Part shown: positions 16,929 through 26,531 of the stretch, piece by piece
Numbering within the stretch: position 1 is the stretch's first letter
Layout: each line of letters begins with the position of its first letter
IMG/VR virus record: IMGVR_UViG_3300012952_000023
Location: 3,595-67,594 of that record
Length of the DNA stretch: 64,000 nt
Strand: one strand, 5' to 3'
DNA from: a virus
Taxonomy: Duplodnaviria > Caudoviricetes
Notes under the pieces: model-generated
Told to the model about the DNA's origin: nothing
Seen by the model: the letters and a program-made list of their open reading frames with translations, nothing else
The model's database searches: none
Position numbers and translations under genes: made by a program

Positions 16929-18071
16929 ATGTGGATTGACAACGATTTTCCAAAGCTGTTAGGCGCTGAACTCTATAGGCCCCATCCCGGTTATGTAATC
17001 GAGATGGCTGTAGAACCAGTAGTGGTACACGATTTCGCGAAACAGCCCGGACAAACGGTCCAGCTCGACCGCTATCGCTTTTGGGGAAATCCTGGTAACA
17101 AGGATTCCAGAGAGCGTACAGCAGATCAAACACTTGGTACAGCATCTAGCCGCAATATTGTTAAAGACAAGGTTCTCGTAACCTTAAAAGAGTACACAGG
17201 TCCTGCCGATCCAACAGATGCGACATCTCCTAGTACTTTTAAAGTTGCAAGAGAAACTCTTTTAACAGCACAACGTCTACTTTTAGACACAGGTAACCTC
17301 AACGTTTTTCACCAGAGCATCGGGTCCTTGACCCTTTTGGATGATTACAGACGTTGGCGTGACAGGGTTTTCGCTGATGAGCTATTCAAAGCGGAAGCTA
17401 ACGGAGAAGCAACAGATAGCCAAGGTGGATATTTTTATCCAGGTAGTAAGGCTAAGGGCGGATCTGCTCCATTCATTAGTTATGCAGCAGGCTCCTCAGG
17501 TAAGTTCGACGTAAAAACCGACTTACTTCAGGTTGTTAAGGACATGCGTAAGCGTAACGTTCCAACGTTCGCTGATGGCTACTACAGATGCATCGCTGAT
17601 CCAACAGCAATGATGCACCTTCGTCAAAACGAGGCATTCAGAGAAATTGCCCGGTACGCAGGAAACGGAATGGTGAATCCACTCCAACCTGAGCAAGCTC
17701 CTAACGCTAACTTCTTCCAAGGTATGGGTCCTGCTTATGGACAAGCTGGATTTGTAGCTGGTCAGCCGGTGATGCCTACCGGATTTTTGTTTGAGGGCGT
17801 AAGATGGTTCGAATCAACCAACTTGCCTGAGAAATCTTTACAGGTAACAATCACTGACGCGAGCATCACTAATACAGTGACAACCGCTGCTCCTATGCTC
17901 TTCTTTGGCCCTCAGGCTATTGGTGTAGGTATTGGTGGTAACAACGCTCAAATTCTTCTTAATAATAACGACGATTTTTCGCGCTTTATTATTATGATTT
18001 GGTCCCTCTTTGCTGGGTTCGAAATGCTGAATAAGGATTTCGTGACTTGTGCCTTCAGTTTCGTTTACTAA
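16929..18071 (+). CDS. Major capsid protein
   Basis: ATG at 16929 after GGAG; MWIDNDFPKLLGAELYRPHP start; about 380 aa; HK97-like motifs GQTVQLDRYRFW, GFLFEGVRWFES and FFGPQAIG. Confidence 0.85.
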   Translation: MWIDNDFPKLLGAELYRPHPGYVIEMAVEPVVVHDFAKQPGQTVQLDRYRFWGNPGNKDSRERTADQTLGTASSRNIVKDKVLVTLKEYTGPADPTDATSPSTFKVARETLLTAQRLLLDTGNLNVFHQSIGSLTLLDDYRRWRDRVFADELFKAEANGEATDSQGGYFYPGSKAKGGSAPFISYAAGSSGKFDVKTDLLQVVKDMRKRNVPTFADGYYRCIADPTAMMHLRQNEAFREIARYAGNGMVNPLQPEQAPNANFFQGMGPAYGQAGFVAGQPVMPTGFLFEGVRWFESTNLPEKSLQVTITDASITNTVTTAAPMLFFGPQAIGVGIGGNNAQILLNNNDDFSRFIIMIWSLFAGFEMLNKDFVTCAFSFVY

Positions 18072-18083
18072 GGTATTTATCAC

Positions 18084-18728
18084 ATGGCAAAGAAAATCTT
18101 TCCCGGCAACTGGGTTGCCCAACTAAGTAGCTACCAAGGTCAAGGCGTTGTGTCTGAGCCTGGTCGTGTTTACTTTCAGAAGACAGGTTACGCACTAGTT
18201 AATTCAACTGGTGGTACATCTTTCGACGTCGTCATTCCTAGCCCAGACCTCAGAGGAGACGACAAAGCTCGTGCAGACATCACAGGATTAACATTGCCAG
18301 CTGGCGCTAATGTTTACTCTGTTGGTATTCGTGTACCTGACGTTCGTAAGGACAAAGGAGTTGGAACAGCTACTTCTGGTCTTGTTGGAACTAACACCAA
18401 CAGATTGAAAGTTGCTGATGCTATCGGAAACGATGCAACTATTACAGCTACTAAAGTTGCTTCTAACTCTGCAGATCTTGCAGTAGGTAGTACAACTATC
18501 GCTCCTGGAACTTCAGTAACTGGTATTGTTACAGCAGCTACCTTATCCGGTGCTGAGACTCTTAAGGTCTATGTAACTGACAGCACAGGAACATCTGCAG
18601 GTTCTGCTTTAACTTCAACTGCAAGCGGTGGTACATACCTCATCGTTACTGTTTCATACTTCGTTGATGATGCAGTACCTAACAGTGAGGATGTTGGAAC
18701 TCCATACGTGGTTGAGCAAGGCGCATAG
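18084..18728 (+). CDS. Minor capsid/decoration protein (putative)
   Basis: T/S/G-rich 214 aa directly after the capsid gene, followed by a terminator. Confidence 0.55.
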   Translation: MAKKIFPGNWVAQLSSYQGQGVVSEPGRVYFQKTGYALVNSTGGTSFDVVIPSPDLRGDDKARADITGLTLPAGANVYSVGIRVPDVRKDKGVGTATSGLVGTNTNRLKVADAIGNDATITATKVASNSADLAVGSTTIAPGTSVTGIVTAATLSGAETLKVYVTDSTGTSAGSALTSTASGGTYLIVTVSYFVDDAVPNSEDVGTPYVVEQGA

Positions 18729-18760
18729 TTGGATTAATTAGTTTTTATCCCTACAATGAA

Positions 18761-18789
18761 GGACATCTGGTATCGGATGTCCTTTTTTT
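18761..18789 (+). terminator. Rho-independent terminator ending the capsid transcript
   Basis: GGACATCT-GGTATC-GGATGTCC followed by T7. Confidence 0.75.
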
Positions 18790-18794
18790 GTGTT

Positions 18795-19226
18795 ATGACG
18801 CTTTATCAAAATCAAAAGACTGGTCAAATTGTTGAATTCATATCCCATCACGACAAGGATTGGGCAATGGTCAAAAACAATGCAGGCCAAGTTGTTTACG
18901 TAGCATTAGCCGACTTAGTGTCTTACGAGGCTGGCAAAGGCCGCACGGGGCAAACAATTGAACCTCAGACAGCGGAAGACCATAAGGACGAAGACAAAAT
19001 GCCTGAAAGTGTTATTCCTGTAGATACGCGATTAAACGTCAACGTGGCAACAGCAGAAAATATTGCTAAAGCTGTTAAAGGTATTGGTTATGCTACCGCT
19101 AAGAAAATAGTAGAGCTTAGATTGTCTCTCCCCGGCGAAAGATTTAAAAATTTAGAACAGCTTAAGAAGATTAGTCGAGTTGATTGGGATACTATTATTG
19201 CAGAAGACCTGATCTACGTTGCATAA
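18795..19226 (+). CDS. Helix-hairpin-helix (ComEA-like) DNA-binding protein
   Basis: RLNVNVATAENIAKAVKGIGYATAKKIVELR...FKNLEQLKKI; start moved to the ATG after the terminator. Confidence 0.75.
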   Translation: MTLYQNQKTGQIVEFISHHDKDWAMVKNNAGQVVYVALADLVSYEAGKGRTGQTIEPQTAEDHKDEDKMPESVIPVDTRLNVNVATAENIAKAVKGIGYATAKKIVELRLSLPGERFKNLEQLKKISRVDWDTIIAEDLIYVA

Positions 19227-19263
19227 TTCCCGTACAATAATAGATAGGTTGCATTATTAGTGA

Positions 19264-19749
19264 TTGGAACTTAACGACTACGACAAAAGCCGTTGTCGGT
19301 TTCATTTGGGATACAACACTGGAGCTAATCTTCCAGCGGGTGATATCGCTCGTCTAGAAGAAGCGATGGCTCGTATACCTGACTCCTATTTCTATAATCG
19401 AACGACCGAACATTTAGACCGTTGTGACAAAGCTTATAAGCTGTCGCAAGTGTTTAAATCTGAGACACAACCTCAACCTAGTCGTATTCAAAGGATTACC
19501 GGAGATACGGATAGAGCTATTTATCAGTCTGATCCTATTAAGGCTGACAAAGATTACAGGGAGATTTATCTCAGAGAAGTAGACCGACTTGCTGAAACTC
19601 TTTATGTAGCTAACTACAGAAGAGACGAGGTGAGGCGATATGCATTTGATCGGTCTGGATCGGAATTTATCATGGCTATTAAGGGACCAGCGGATACAGC
19701 AGTTGGAACCCGAGTCTCTCAAGCTGTTGGCTCAATGAATTGGAGGTAA
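19264..19749 (+). CDS. Head completion/adaptor-like protein (putative)
   Basis: 161-aa helical ORF after the capsid genes. Confidence 0.45.
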   Translation: MELNDYDKSRCRFHLGYNTGANLPAGDIARLEEAMARIPDSYFYNRTTEHLDRCDKAYKLSQVFKSETQPQPSRIQRITGDTDRAIYQSDPIKADKDYREIYLREVDRLAETLYVANYRRDEVRRYAFDRSGSEFIMAIKGPADTAVGTRVSQAVGSMNWR

Positions 19750-19754
19750 ACCAC

Positions 19755-20624
19755 ATGGCACGATTACCAAAAGGAGCAGATCCTTCTCAAATGAAAAGGC
19801 ATTCCCCCATTATGGGTAGATGGCAAAAAGATACATTAGTAGATACGGCAAATCCTTTAGTAGATACTTCCAAGGGTGGATGGGTTGTATCTGGACAGAA
19901 AGCTGAAGAAGTCAGAAGAAGTAATGCTACAGCTTTATTACAGCAGTATTCAACTACTGCCGACAAAGCTTCTACTGTAAAGAAACCTGACACTCAGCCA
20001 ATCTCTGACGGAGGTTTTTACGAGCAAGGAAATCCACCTGTCGGAAAAGTAGATTCGAACAGAAAAGCTTCTTTGAATTCAGACGCGTTCGGAAGCATAG
20101 AAGGATTCGAATCACGAGCTTCTAAAGGGGAGTATGGTACTGGAATTGAGACTCAGAATGTCGCATTAGAAACAGGAGTCACACTAGGTGATGCTGGTGT
20201 GCTGCCTGCTAACGGTGACGGGAATATGAGCAATTCCTCTAATCCTGCTACTAATGCTTTAAATTCAGCAGGTAAGATCAAACCACTACAAACAGCAGAT
20301 CAGGGTACATATAATTCTCCTCTAAAAGCTGATGCCGTAGCCTTCTTAAAGGCTAAGAAGCCCTCTACCAAAGGAATGAAGATAGATGGGGATCCAAATA
20401 TTACACCATTCCCTGGCTTTAATCCTATTCCCGGCTTAGAACCACCAGCGGAGAGAAGACGTAAGGATAAAGAAGGAAGGATCGGAAGAGGAGGAGAAAA
20501 ACCAATAGTCATTGGCAAGCCTTGGGAAGGTCCAGCTGAAGGTAGACCTGAGAAAGGAGGAAGGAATCGCAGAAAAGGAGGAATAGACTTTGGAAATATT
20601 ACGCCTTTCGGAGGTTTAATGTAA
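19755..20624 (+). CDS. Hypothetical protein
   Basis: GGAGG SD with ATG at 19755; basic Gly/Pro-rich tail. Confidence 0.6.
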   Translation: MARLPKGADPSQMKRHSPIMGRWQKDTLVDTANPLVDTSKGGWVVSGQKAEEVRRSNATALLQQYSTTADKASTVKKPDTQPISDGGFYEQGNPPVGKVDSNRKASLNSDAFGSIEGFESRASKGEYGTGIETQNVALETGVTLGDAGVLPANGDGNMSNSSNPATNALNSAGKIKPLQTADQGTYNSPLKADAVAFLKAKKPSTKGMKIDGDPNITPFPGFNPIPGLEPPAERRRKDKEGRIGRGGEKPIVIGKPWEGPAEGRPEKGGRNRRKGGIDFGNITPFGGLM

Positions 20625-21127
20625 TGTCTGACGTACCAGGTAAGCCTAAGCATCCAAAAAGTAGAGAGGAGGGGAAAGCTAGGAGGCCAGGTAGCTACGT
20701 GCCTGACTATATGAAGCATCGTTCGGGACCTATTAGAGCTACGAAATACAATGAATGGTATACAGACAAGAAAGCTGAAAGAAGTGCTGCAAGTGACCTA
20801 TCAGCTAGTCGAGGAGGAGTACCTAATAATCCAATGAATGTGAATTCATTCCGACCAGAGAATGACGTGGTAGCCAGAACGAATATGTATAGAGATGGCG
20901 AGCAGATAGCGACACAAGAAGGTCCAACAAGAACGCGACCTGATCAACGAGGACAGAGTTTTACTCCTCCTGTCCCTCAGGAGAAAGCAGGACGTGTGAA
21001 GCCTAACCCACCACCACGAGGTCTGAGCACTGCTCTAGGGGCTTTAGGTGCAGGTCCTCAGAGAGACGTCCCTCCCGTAGGAGAATCTCCTGATATCTGG
21101 AACGAAGGAGGAACGTTCCTTCAATAG
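20624..21127 (+). CDS. Hypothetical basic Pro-rich protein
   Basis: TAATG coupling to the upstream gene. Confidence 0.55.
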   Translation: MSDVPGKPKHPKSREEGKARRPGSYVPDYMKHRSGPIRATKYNEWYTDKKAERSAASDLSASRGGVPNNPMNVNSFRPENDVVARTNMYRDGEQIATQEGPTRTRPDQRGQSFTPPVPQEKAGRVKPNPPPRGLSTALGALGAGPQRDVPPVGESPDIWNEGGTFLQ

Positions 21128-21160
21128 AACTCTTAAACTCTAAACAGACGAGGTATTCAA

Positions 21161-21700
21161 TTGGCTGCAAGTAGTACAAACAAAATGCCGCTGTTGATAG
21201 ACAGGCCGCTACATTCTTTCGCGACGATTGGAGGTACTGCAGCTTTATCTACAGCAACAAATTACAACAGTGTTGTAGGAACGGGATGTACTATCCTCGT
21301 AGACTGCACTTCAAACGACGGGGCTGTTATAGACAGTCTTTCTGTAGTAGCTAACGAAGCAAGTACGACGATTTCTGGTAGTGCTGCTGTGGAAGTATTG
21401 TTCTTCTTGAGCTTGGCGACAACTCAAAATTCTGTGACCACTGCCAATACTGTTTGTGTAGCTAATGGAGGAATATCCACTACTGTCAACTTAGGGACGA
21501 GAACAAACATTTCGTTACCTTGTTTATCAGTTCCTGTTCCAAATCTCGGTGCTGATAGTTCTGTAACAGAAGTCGACAAGAAAAATACAGGTTTATATAT
21601 CCCTTCAGGAGCAGCTTTATATGTAGGAGTTCAAGCGCCTATTGCATCTCCTAGTGCAAACACACGTCTGCACGTTTTTGCTCAAGGTGGTTTCTTCTAA
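21161..21700 (+). CDS. Putative structural protein
   Basis: 179-aa beta-rich ORF with TTG start, ending AQGGFF. Confidence 0.55.
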   Translation: MAASSTNKMPLLIDRPLHSFATIGGTAALSTATNYNSVVGTGCTILVDCTSNDGAVIDSLSVVANEASTTISGSAAVEVLFFLSLATTQNSVTTANTVCVANGGISTTVNLGTRTNISLPCLSVPVPNLGADSSVTEVDKKNTGLYIPSGAALYVGVQAPIASPSANTRLHVFAQGGFF

Positions 21701-21712
21701 CTAGTTCATTAG

Positions 21713-24568
21713 ATGGCTTATTCAAACGTCACTCAAATTTATTACGACAAGTTTGGACGAGCTCCTGATGCTTCTGGATTGGATTATTGGACAAAGCAAG
21801 CGGCAAGTGGAGCATCACTTGACGCAATTGCTGCTAGTTTTGACGTTTCCGAAGAAGCTCAAAATCATGCGAAGGTTAAGGCAGCCGTAGAAGCGGGAGG
21901 CGATACTTATAACCCCTCTGACGGTTGGGGAGAAGTATTGCATTCAGGAGTTGTATCTGCTGACGAAGCAGTAGCTTCAATCAACGCAGATAATGCTAAG
22001 AAAACTGCCGCGAGTACTGCAAGTACTAGCACGGCTAATACAAGTACAGCCAATACAAGTACAGCTAGTACGGCTCCGTTGCCTTTTTCTGTTAGCAATA
22101 GTATTGCTAGTGGGCAGTCAACAGAAGATTTTATAGATGATTTATATACCAACGTTCTAGGCAGGACAGACGAAGAAACAGCAGATGACCTAGAAGGTCG
22201 TACGTACCACGCGAACGTCATCCAAGACCTGCAGGATGTTCACGGTTTATCTCTTGAAGACGCATACGAAAAAACATTCCATAATTTCAATATCTCTGCT
22301 GAAAAACAAATCAGCAATGCGATGCTAGGTGGAGCTAGCAGTATGGGTGGTGAAGATGGTGGCACTACTATCGGTGCTGCTATGCAGCATGAGTTTGAAA
22401 AAGATCCGGCAAATGTTGAGACAGCAGGAGGTTTTACTAATATCTTCGGTGGACCTGTATTAGATAGTGATACCAAAGCTAATGAGAAAACATCAGAAGC
22501 TAACAAGGCCACTGCCGCTTCAGTACGTGCTAAAAATGACGAATTATTACGTACTCTGAATCCGAAAGCTTACGACAAGAAAAACTACGAAAGACTAACT
22601 GAAAAATATGAGGATTGGTTTGGTAGAGGCATAGATCAGGGCGGCTTGGATCATTGGCAAAAAGACCTCAGGGAAGGAGCTACTTGGGATGAAGTCGTAT
22701 CCAACATTGAATCTTCCTTGCAAGACGAGAGTGTCGTTGCCAAGAAGACTAACAACTTTAACCAAGATTTTGCAGTTGGAGATGCAACAAATCTTGACGA
22801 CAAAGGTTATACACCTTTACCAGGAGCAGGAGATACTCTGCAGGTAGGTGAGACCGCTGCAGACTATAAGCAACGATGGGATACAAGCTATGGCCAGTAT
22901 TACGACGATGACGGTAACTACATAGACGGTAGTTATACTCCAACGAATCAAAATACAGGAAGTTTAACTGCAGATCAAACAACTCAGTTAAAAGATAAAT
23001 TTAAAGCTTCTGCAGGTCGAGATATTACTAATGCTGAATTATCAGCATGGGGTACTCATATCGGTGATAACGCTGATACCTTTAATAATGCTCTGAATAC
23101 AATTGGCAACTACAACTACACAGAGTCAGCCGATCAAATGCAGGAGATCTATGACTTATTCGAGACAGAAAGTGGTTTTACTATCGATGATAATGTCAAG
23201 AGTCAATTACAGAGTGCATTTGATAATGGTCAGATAAATAATGTAGGCCAGATGAAGCAATCACTCGCAAGTATGGGTGATATTGCTGATCAGGCGAGGA
23301 AATTATATACTCATTATGGCCAACAGGATTTCGATGTTAACAATTTAATTAATTGGACTAAAGCAGCAGCTGCAGGCGATACAGACTTGTCTGCTATGAC
23401 TAAGTCACTAAAAACATTTGATTTTGACGAGCCTAATTTAGCTGATACAACGACGTACTTAAAGAATACAATCAAACAATATTCAGGAGCCGATGCAGAC
23501 CAAGGAACTATTGATAATTACCTTTCTGCTTTAGGATTCACCGTTAATGGGCAGCCTGGCAAAAGGGCTGGAGATTCTGGATTTCTCCCGAATCTAGGAA
23601 TGTTTACGGATGCAATCTCTAATTACGACTTTGGTGATGCTGTAACTACAACATGTGCCGCAGACGAAGAATTGCAAAATGGGGTTTGCGTTAAGAAAAC
23701 GACATGTCCTACTGGAGAAACATTAGTAAACGGAGTCTGCACTCCTACTAACACCACCGTAGAGTGTCAGACAGGGTATAGCAAGAATGCTAATGGCGTA
23801 TGCGTACCTGATACAACTACTGGGGGAGGGCAGAATTGTCCTGCTGGACAAACTAAAAATGCTGCGGGTGTGTGTGAAGCTACCGCAACGACAGAGACAA
23901 CAGCATGTCCTGCTGGGTATACGAGAAATGCAGCAGGAGATTGTATCGCTGACGATGCTACAGGAGAAACTGAAACTTCAACTACAGGAGGTACTCAATC
24001 AACCGGAGATGGTGCAGCGGCTTGTAATGCTAAAGGTGCTGGGTACTACTGGACTGGTTCTCAATGTATCTCTATCGATACAGAAGATGAGACGACTGAT
24101 ACAACTAATCACGAATTAGACGCGGCTAGAGATCAAATAACTTCCTTGCAAAATAAGAATAAAGAATTAACTGGCTTGTACGACACTGCCTTAGAAGATC
24201 AAAAGACAGCAGCAGAAAAACAAGCAGCATCAGACATTTTAAACTCTGATTGGGAAGGCAAATACAAAGGCATGAAGCAAGACTATGAGGACGCAATCTT
24301 AGCCAAGGAAGAGATAGAAAGAGTCACCGCAGGTCCAGGAAGGAGTCGACTTACTAGAGGTGGAACTAAAGGTAACCGCTTTGATATCGATCCTGTCAAT
24401 CTTGCAGCAGGTAGTTTCCAGAGTATCAAAGGAGACGAGCCAGTAGCCGCACCTCAAATGAGTGCTAACTATTCAGACGCACGGAAGAGAGCTTTATCAC
24501 GTAGAGGCCAAGCAGCAGGTGCTGCTGTAAATAGTGGCTACTACGCTGATAGGAACGCTTATGGCTAA
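21713..24568 (+). CDS. Large virion-associated protein with multiple DUF4214-like repeats, Cys-rich modules and a coiled coil
   Basis: YYDKFGRAPDASGLDYW, YEDWFGRGIDQGGLDHW and LYTNVLGR; C-x10/11-C modules (CPTGETLVNGVC, CPAGQTKNAAGVC). Confidence 0.7.
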   Translation: MAYSNVTQIYYDKFGRAPDASGLDYWTKQAASGASLDAIAASFDVSEEAQNHAKVKAAVEAGGDTYNPSDGWGEVLHSGVVSADEAVASINADNAKKTAASTASTSTANTSTANTSTASTAPLPFSVSNSIASGQSTEDFIDDLYTNVLGRTDEETADDLEGRTYHANVIQDLQDVHGLSLEDAYEKTFHNFNISAEKQISNAMLGGASSMGGEDGGTTIGAAMQHEFEKDPANVETAGGFTNIFGGPVLDSDTKANEKTSEANKATAASVRAKNDELLRTLNPKAYDKKNYERLTEKYEDWFGRGIDQGGLDHWQKDLREGATWDEVVSNIESSLQDESVVAKKTNNFNQDFAVGDATNLDDKGYTPLPGAGDTLQVGETAADYKQRWDTSYGQYYDDDGNYIDGSYTPTNQNTGSLTADQTTQLKDKFKASAGRDITNAELSAWGTHIGDNADTFNNALNTIGNYNYTESADQMQEIYDLFETESGFTIDDNVKSQLQSAFDNGQINNVGQMKQSLASMGDIADQARKLYTHYGQQDFDVNNLINWTKAAAAGDTDLSAMTKSLKTFDFDEPNLADTTTYLKNTIKQYSGADADQGTIDNYLSALGFTVNGQPGKRAGDSGFLPNLGMFTDAISNYDFGDAVTTTCAADEELQNGVCVKKTTCPTGETLVNGVCTPTNTTVECQTGYSKNANGVCVPDTTTGGGQNCPAGQTKNAAGVCEATATTETTACPAGYTRNAAGDCIADDATGETETSTTGGTQSTGDGAAACNAKGAGYYWTGSQCISIDTEDETTDTTNHELDAARDQITSLQNKNKELTGLYDTALEDQKTAAEKQAASDILNSDWEGKYKGMKQDYEDAILAKEEIERVTAGPGRSRLTRGGTKGNRFDIDPVNLAAGSFQSIKGDEPVAAPQMSANYSDARKRALSRRGQAAGAAVNSGYYADRNAYG

Positions 24569-25976
24569 AGGATTAGGAGCTGTTAGCAAAGGCTTCTCTA
24601 TGGGGTCGATGAGCAAGGGTTTAACCCCTAAGGCTCATGGTTGGTATCCTCGTAAAGAATCAGGTGCAGGAATCTACGGCGGAACAATTAGCCCAACGAT
24701 CATAGAAGCTTATAACAGTAAATCCGACTATAAACGTTGGAGAGCTGGTCAAGATTTCTATTTCGGAGGAGGGAGTAGTTGGGCTGATAGATCTATTTAT
24801 AGTCTTGCGAGATTCCCTCAAGGGGCTGTTGATGGTCGCTCAAAAGATATTGTCACTTTATTTCCCAGTAAAGACAGCCCAGAAAAAGCTTGGTATGTAG
24901 GAATGAGAACTAGGGGAAGTATTATCCTTCCTCAACCAATCAGTACTGGAACAATCACAATTAATGCTGTTGATCCCGACCCTTCTACTCATACTTTGGT
25001 ATGGGATGTGACGGGGGTTTTAACTACTGCTCAGTTAGGTATCTTTAATATTTTTAAGGGCGATCAATTTGAAGATAGTGCTGCTGGTACAAATTATCCA
25101 GATGATTTAGTAGAGAAAGACGAAGGAAGTATTGCTTTAGTGTTGACCGACGTCAACATGGGTAGCATGACTCTGACTTTTGATTTGTCCAGACCTCAAG
25201 GACGTATCAGAAAAGGAGATCGTATTTACTGGAAAAAATTTAATTATGATCCTACTAATCCAACTCAATACGCATGGTCTCCTACCTCCGCTAGGCATCT
25301 ATGTTCTAGTTTTAAATTCTTTTGCTGTTGCCCAGACCACTTAGGAGGAGCATTAGCCAACCTTGAGTATCCAGAAGGGGAAGCTGGCATGGATGAATTT
25401 CCTCTTCCTAACGCGGCGAGAACAGTAAGATCTGCATGGGAGAGTGAAGGAGCTGGTTACTATCGTCAGTGGAGAACATTACCTTTTCGTTGCGATGAAA
25501 GACGTGACTGTAAGCATATTCATTCGATGAGATGGGCGTGTGGTTGTCCGTGGCACGAGCCTGATGATTATGTTATTGAAACAGACCAAGAACTAGATAT
25601 GTTTGGATTTATAGCTCGAGAGACAGGTCTAACAGACCAAGAATTTGATGAATATATGATTCTCAGAGAATTGAATAAAGATAGATATATTCTTTCTTTA
25701 GCAGAGGTTGTAGGCATTGAATTGTTCCCTCCGTCCGATGTTCGAGATGGAGTTAGAACAGATACTAGACCTATGTTATGGAATGATCGTGAAGAGCCAG
25801 ATCCTACTTGGTGTCGCCAAAATGATTGGTGGTGTAAACGGGGAACTCAAGATATCAAAATATTCAACACCACTGCTGGTAAATTTGAATCAACTATTAC
25901 AGCAGGGGGTATTGAATATCCGATGATAGAAGAAGTGGAAGAAGGAGCTGCAGGATCGCCTAAAATAGTCCCATAA
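24561..25976 (+). CDS. Hypothetical protein with a SWIM-like Zn-binding motif
   Basis: ATG at 24561 overlaps the upstream stop; FFCCCPDH...CKHIH. Confidence 0.6.
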   Translation: MAKGLGAVSKGFSMGSMSKGLTPKAHGWYPRKESGAGIYGGTISPTIIEAYNSKSDYKRWRAGQDFYFGGGSSWADRSIYSLARFPQGAVDGRSKDIVTLFPSKDSPEKAWYVGMRTRGSIILPQPISTGTITINAVDPDPSTHTLVWDVTGVLTTAQLGIFNIFKGDQFEDSAAGTNYPDDLVEKDEGSIALVLTDVNMGSMTLTFDLSRPQGRIRKGDRIYWKKFNYDPTNPTQYAWSPTSARHLCSSFKFFCCCPDHLGGALANLEYPEGEAGMDEFPLPNAARTVRSAWESEGAGYYRQWRTLPFRCDERRDCKHIHSMRWACGCPWHEPDDYVIETDQELDMFGFIARETGLTDQEFDEYMILRELNKDRYILSLAEVVGIELFPPSDVRDGVRTDTRPMLWNDREEPDPTWCRQNDWWCKRGTQDIKIFNTTAGKFESTITAGGIEYPMIEEVEEGAAGSPKIVP

Positions 25977-25994
25977 GGCGAATACAATACATAC

Positions 25995-26531
25995 ATGGCG
26001 TCTTACCCTAATAACTACGGCGGAATTATTTCCGCAATCAATGCTTGTATAGCAACTGCCGGAGGTACTGTGACTAGTTATCCCAATAACACTGGAGGTA
26101 TCATTCAAGCTTTAATAGCTTTAAATGGAGCCTTAGGAGGATTGGGCGGAGGCTCAGCTGTAATGATGGAGCTAGAGGCAGCTCAAGGACTTGATAAAGG
26201 AGACGTTGTTTATATAGATGTCGATGGGAAAGTCGCAAAAGCTAACCACGCTTCGTCGACACGAGACGGTGCTACTGTTGCTGGGATGATTCAAGAAGAT
26301 GTTGCTTCTGGCTCTCAAGCCAAAATGGTTGTTGTAGGAAAAGTAGATATTACAGGGTGGGGACAAAGCCCAACAGCTCTAACTCCTGGGGCAAGATACT
26401 TTTTGAACGGTAATGGATTTATTTCCGTTACGCCTCCTTCTGGATCTGGGGAATACCTAGTGTTAGTAGGAGAAGCATTAGATGAAACGACTATTGCTTT
26501 AAATATTGATGTTCCTGTACTTCTGAGCTGA
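25995..26531 (+). CDS. Tail/cement-like structural protein
   Basis: GDVVYID...VVVGKV...LTPGARYFL...VLVGEALDETTIAL pattern. Confidence 0.55.
   Translation: MASYPNNYGGIISAINACIATAGGTVTSYPNNTGGIIQALIALNGALGGLGGGSAVMMELEAAQGLDKGDVVYIDVDGKVAKANHASSTRDGATVAGMIQEDVASGSQAKMVVVGKVDITGWGQSPTALTPGARYFLNGNGFISVTPPSGSGEYLVLVGEALDETTIALNIDVPVLLS

Noticed and set aside
7011-18071. Inteins or introns in terL, capsid or psbA
   Set aside because: TerL (510 aa), capsid (about 380 aa) and D1 (361 aa) are continuous and of normal length, with no C/S...HN splice motifs
18756-18794. Track start at 18756 for the HhH protein
   Set aside because: The extension runs through the capsid terminator hairpin and T-tract; ATG 18795 is more plausible
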